From Mobula hypostoma (Eukaryota): DNA of 64,000 nt. The stretch's first letter is position 1; each line of letters starts with the position of its first letter. The notes beneath the pieces are model-generated. The model searched no databases. It saw only the letters and a list, made by a program, of their open reading frames with translations, and had not been told where the DNA came from. Below are positions 59,635 through 64,000 of this stretch, one piece after another. The position numbers and the translations under genes are program-made. Location: the NCBI RefSeq assembly GCF_963921235.1, contig NC_086108.1, forward strand, positions 25,606,001-25,670,000. Direction: 5' to 3'.

Positions 59635-62600
59635 TGTTATGACACACACCCAACTGTGCCAGTTTCCAGGGTATGGACGCTCTAACTCTCCGGAATATGG
59701 ATAGCTAGGATGGCCCCTTTAAGGATTCAGGATTGTCCCGCTAATTGGCAATCATATTTTGGGCATCAAGAATTGAGTACTTACAGAGCTCCTGAACGGA
59801 GCCTCGGTGCTCAATGATAAGCCCAACCTGAGATTTCATCTAGCAGTTAGTTTTGTGCTTAGTTCTTGATCCAGTTTTATTCCATGTCTTGATCCTAGCC
59901 TTGGATACTCCAGCATTTGGGTCCAAACGATCCTTGTCAAGGACTTTTGTCGCAGTATGATTGAACCAGTATGGACCCAGTGGAGTATCAGAGTCTTTTG
60001 TCCGCTGTGGCCAGCCACAGCGAGAAGATTTCCAGACTGAGCCTGGAGATAAATGATCTCCAGGTAGCTGTTTGTCAACTTTTACAAGGAAGAAGCCAGA
60101 GTTGCTCTATGGAGTCAGTACATCTTCCTACTCCCAAGAGATTCAATGGTGACCTGGGCTCTTACTGCAGCTCCTTATTCAATGCTCATTAGTGTTCAAA
60201 CTCCAGCTGTCCTGGTTTCCTTTGGAGCGTGGAAAGGTCGCCTTCATTACCTGTCTTCTCACTGGGAGAGTCCTGGCCTGGGCTACCGTGCATTGGGAAT
60301 GAAGGTCGGAAGTTTGCTCAAATTCAGAGGAGTTCATAGCAGCCATGAGGAAGGTGTTCCATCAGCCTGCTGGAGCCAGCCGAGACTTGGACCATCTGAT
60401 GAAGAATTGACAAGGCGGATGGTCAGCAGCTGACTTTGCTATCGAGTTTCAGATCTTGGCCCAAGAGAGTGGCTGGAACAAAGAGGCCTTGGCTATTCTA
60501 TACTGCTACAGACTCTCAGATGAACTGAAGGATGCCCTCACCTTGGGAGAGTCAGTGGAGGACTTAAAGGTTCTGATTGCCCAATCCATTTGTCTCAATA
60601 ATTGTCTGGCAGAACGTGAGCGGGACTACATCAAGAGGTCAAAGAGAACTAGCCTGAGTCCGGCCTCAATGCATCATTGTTCTGTCTCCCGATCTCCGAT
60701 GGTAACCAGCCTGTCTCCTGCTCAGGACTGAGGTGAGCCTGTGCAAATTAGATGCAGAAAAATCTCCACCAATGAGAGTTTCCAGCATAAGAGTTGAGGT
60801 TGCTGTTATTATTGCAGGGAAGCAGGTCACCTGTGGGCCAAATGTTCGAAGTCGCAGCTGTTAGGAGAACTGCTAACACTGTCTGGTGTTGGGAGGACTG
60901 TGACAGTAGCAGCCACTACCCCTCAACCTCACAAATTTTGGTGTCACGCTAAGGGTGGAGATCTCCTGGGGTATGAACTGATGAGGGGTGAATGCTTTTT
61001 TGGACTCTGGGACATCTGGAAATTTCTTGGACTTGGGGACCACCCGTCAGCTCAACATACTGCTGCAGGCATTGAGCCAGCCCATGTCCGCAATTGTCCT
61101 GGACGGATGTCCACCCGCTTGCTTCTGGCAGATCTGGCAGCAGACATTGGTCTTGTGGGTGAGGACAAATGAACATGCGGAGGACATTTGTTTTTCTATC
61201 ATTGAGTCTTCTCACATACCCCTAATCCTCGGGCAACTTGGCTGTCCCAGCATAACCCTTCCGTGAACTGAAATGAAGAGCAGATCATTGCATGGTTCAG
61301 TTGCTGCAAGAAGGTTTGTTTTCAGATTGGTGTTCCAACCCCTAGACTCTCCTGAGACTAGCAGCCAATGAGGGGGCAGATTTCTGTTCGGGGTAACCTG
61401 GAGCCATCAGGAAACCCAGTCCTGCCTTCAAGGGCAAACAAGTCAGCTCCAGCCAACAGGCCCATATGAGTACTGACCCTGTCCAGTCAGGGGCGAGCAG
61501 GAACTAAAGAGTGAGGGGATCTATAGTTCAGGAACAAGCTAAGGAGGTGCCCAGGCAGTCTCGAACCTTAGCAGCTAAGCCAAAGGGCTCCAGTTGCCAG
61601 GTCCCTTCTATGGGGAAGACTCCAAAATGAAGATCCTTGGTGTCTAGTCCCACGAGCACAAGAACCATTTGTCATGCTTTACTGCTGACGTCTGAGGAAA
61701 TGGATGAGGATTCGGACAGTGATTTGGCTTCTGTTTTCATTAACAACTCTTGTGAATCAATGAAGGAGACTCTGGGGTCTGCCAAATAACTCCTGCTACC
61801 TAAGGAATCTCAGGGGTTACATTGGAGGAAGTTTTGGGGGTTACTTGCAGCACCAAGCTGGTAGAGGTCCTTCCATCTACAAGAATTTGGAAGACATCTT
61901 CAGTGAGGGAAAGGCCTCGACTCTTCCACTGCACTGACCCTATGACTGTGCAATAGATCTACTGCCTGGTACTTGACCTCCACGGGGTCGGTTGTATGTA
62001 TTCTCAGGTCCAGAGAGAAATGCTATGGAGGAGTATATAAAGGAGGCTCTTGCCCTGGGATTCATTTGGCCCTCCACCTCTCCAGCTGATGCTATCTCCT
62101 CCTTTGTACAGGAAAAGGACGGGAGCCTGCAACCATGCATAGATTAGAGGACTGAATCACATGATGATCAAGAATCATTACCCTCAAGAGTTCCAAGGGA
62201 CAAGAGTATTCTTCAAGATAGACTTGCAGAGTAAGTACAATCTGGTTCGCGTAAAGGAGAGTGACAAGTGGAAGTCAGCATTCAACACACCAGCAAGGCA
62301 CTATGAGTATCTGGACATGCCCTTCAGTCTTGTGAGCGTGCAAAGGTTTTTTCAGGCCTTTATTAGTGACATGCTCCAGGATGTTCTCCATAAGTTTGTC
62401 TTCGTCAGCTTGGACAGCATCCTAATTCTCTCAGAGTCCATGGAGGAGCACATCGCTCACATCAGAGATACTCTAAAGAGGATTCTTGATCATGGACTTT
62501 ATGTCAAGCTGGAGAAGTTCATATTTCATGTAGCCACCATTTCACTTTTGTTGTTTCATCACCTCTAATGGCATTCTCAAGATGGACTCTAGTAAGACAC

Positions 62601-64000
62601 AGGCATTCAGAGATTGGTTACAACCATCCAGTGCAAAACAAGTCCAACAATTCCTGGGATTTGCCAACTTTTACTGAAAATTCATTAGAAACTTCATCTC
62701 GGTGGTAGCTTCACTGATAGCACTAACCAAGAGATACACAGACCATTTCGTTTGGACTATTGAAGCGGAGGTTGCTTTTGCAGAGCTCAAACAGCGGTTC
62801 ACGACAGCTTCCATTTTGGTTGCACCTAACCTGGACCTTCCCTTCATCGTGGAGGGGGAACGCCCCCGACGTCAGAGTGGATGAAGTGTTATCTCAATGA
62901 GTACATTCGGACAATAAACTCCACCCGTGTATGTTCTTTTCCAGGTGGCTATCCCTGGCAGAGGTGATCTACGACATTGGAAATAGAGAGCTGCTAATGG
63001 GCAAGTTGGCTCTGGAGGAATGGAGTCACTGGCTTGAGGAGACCAAGAACCCTTTTATGAAAGGACCACAAGTACCAGTATTCTGGAGGCCAAGAGACTG
63101 AATTCCAGGCAGGTCAGGTGGTCTCTTTTCTTTAACTGCTTTACTTTCATCCTGACCTATTGACAGTAGTCAAAGAAGCAGAAGTCAGATGCCTTGTCCC
63201 CTCATTTCGGCAAATCCAAAGAGGAGGAACAGCCGATCACCATTTTGTCCTAGGCCAAGGTGATAGTGTAAATTTGTTGGGGAATCGACAAACTTGTTCG
63301 CAAGGCCCTGGTACAAGGGGAGATTGCTCAGAATGGCCCTCCAGGTCGGCAGTTTGTTCCTAGTTCTGTCCTCTCTGTTTCTTCAATGGGGACATGTATT
63401 GAGAGTGACTGCTCACCCAGGGATTGCCAGGACCCTTGAGTTCATTAAGAGAAGATATTGGTGGTCTGAAATGGTGAGGTAAGTACATCAATATGTGCAG
63501 GCATGTGAGGTGTGCGCCCTGAACAAGAAGCCCTGCACCCACTCCCTGTTCCAGAAAGACCATTAGCTTACATCTCCAAGGACTTTGTCACGGGTCTTCC
63601 TCCTTCCAAGTAGAAGACCGTTACCATGTTAATTGTAGATTGTTTATCGGAGGTCTGCAAATTCATCACCTTGGACAGACTACTTGGGCGAAATCGTCCT
63701 GTACCAGGTCTTCAGGATCCATGGTTTTCCAGTGGATATTTCGTCAGATTGTTGTCTGCAATTTGCACCACATATTTGGAGGGCATTCTGCAAGCTGATT
63801 GGAGCAACAGAAAGCCTTTCCTCTGTGCTTCACCTGCAGTCCAATGACTAAACAGAGCAGGTGAACCAAGATTTCGAACATATCCTAAGATGCCTGGCCT
63901 CTGAAAGACTGGACGAGGTCACCCACAACACTTTATGACATTTGACATTTCAAATGCCAGTTTGGGTATTCTCCACCACTCTTCCCTAAGCAGGAGGATG
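59635..64000 (+). mobile_element. Ty3/Gypsy LTR retrotransposon C, Tf1/Sushi-like lineage, decayed, runs off window end
   Basis: 5' LTR about 59635-59954 (TGTTAT..GCA); gag from ATG 59971 (PTPKRFNGD; AQESGWNKEAL; CYYCREAGHLWAKC), protease FLDSGTSGNF, RT KIDLQSKYNLVRV..HYEYLDMPF, integrase HPGIART..YWW..CEVC, DFVTGLP. Confidence 0.94.
59971..64000 (+). pseudogene. gag-pol pseudogene of Gypsy C
   Basis: Numerous stops and frameshifts; RT catalytic YLDD decayed to SLDS. Confidence 0.9.

Noticed and set aside
1..64000. Prokaryotic-type system (CRISPR array, retron, DGR, defence operon) suggested by the many RT ORFs
   Set aside because: All RTs carry CR1, Rex1, Penelope or Gypsy motifs in decayed eukaryotic TEs; no regularly spaced repeat-spacer array or operon structure

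Overview
Eukaryotic, repeat-saturated DNA. The repeat families suggest a cartilaginous fish, probably a ray; this is inferred from resemblance to families I recall, not from a search. I find no recognisable host gene, RNA gene, CRISPR array or prokaryotic system. More than half the window is a stack of nested, mostly decayed transposable elements. These are three Ty3/Gypsy LTR retrotransposons (two K02A2.6-like, one Tf1/Sushi-like), a complete dead Tc1, a Harbinger derivative and a three-copy composite Tc1-type MITE. There are also many CR1 LINE pieces (one with about 820 uninterrupted ORF2 codons), Rex1/Babar LINE pieces, Penelope (RT + GIY-YIG) elements and several SINE families. The most notable signals are: (i) about ten hammerhead-ribozyme motifs carried by Penelope terminal repeats, including head-to-head hairpin forms and a young solo insertion with a 13-bp TSD; (ii) an apparent self-priming (tRNA-independent) PBS in the Sushi-like LTR element; (iii) a Gypsy element lacking RT/RNase H and carrying an 86-bp inverted copy of its own 3' region; (iv) a MITE whose two ends are each a complete palindromic mini-MITE; (v) several datable nested insertions. 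Boundaries of old elements are approximate (tens of bp), and SINE family names are from recalled consensus resemblance.
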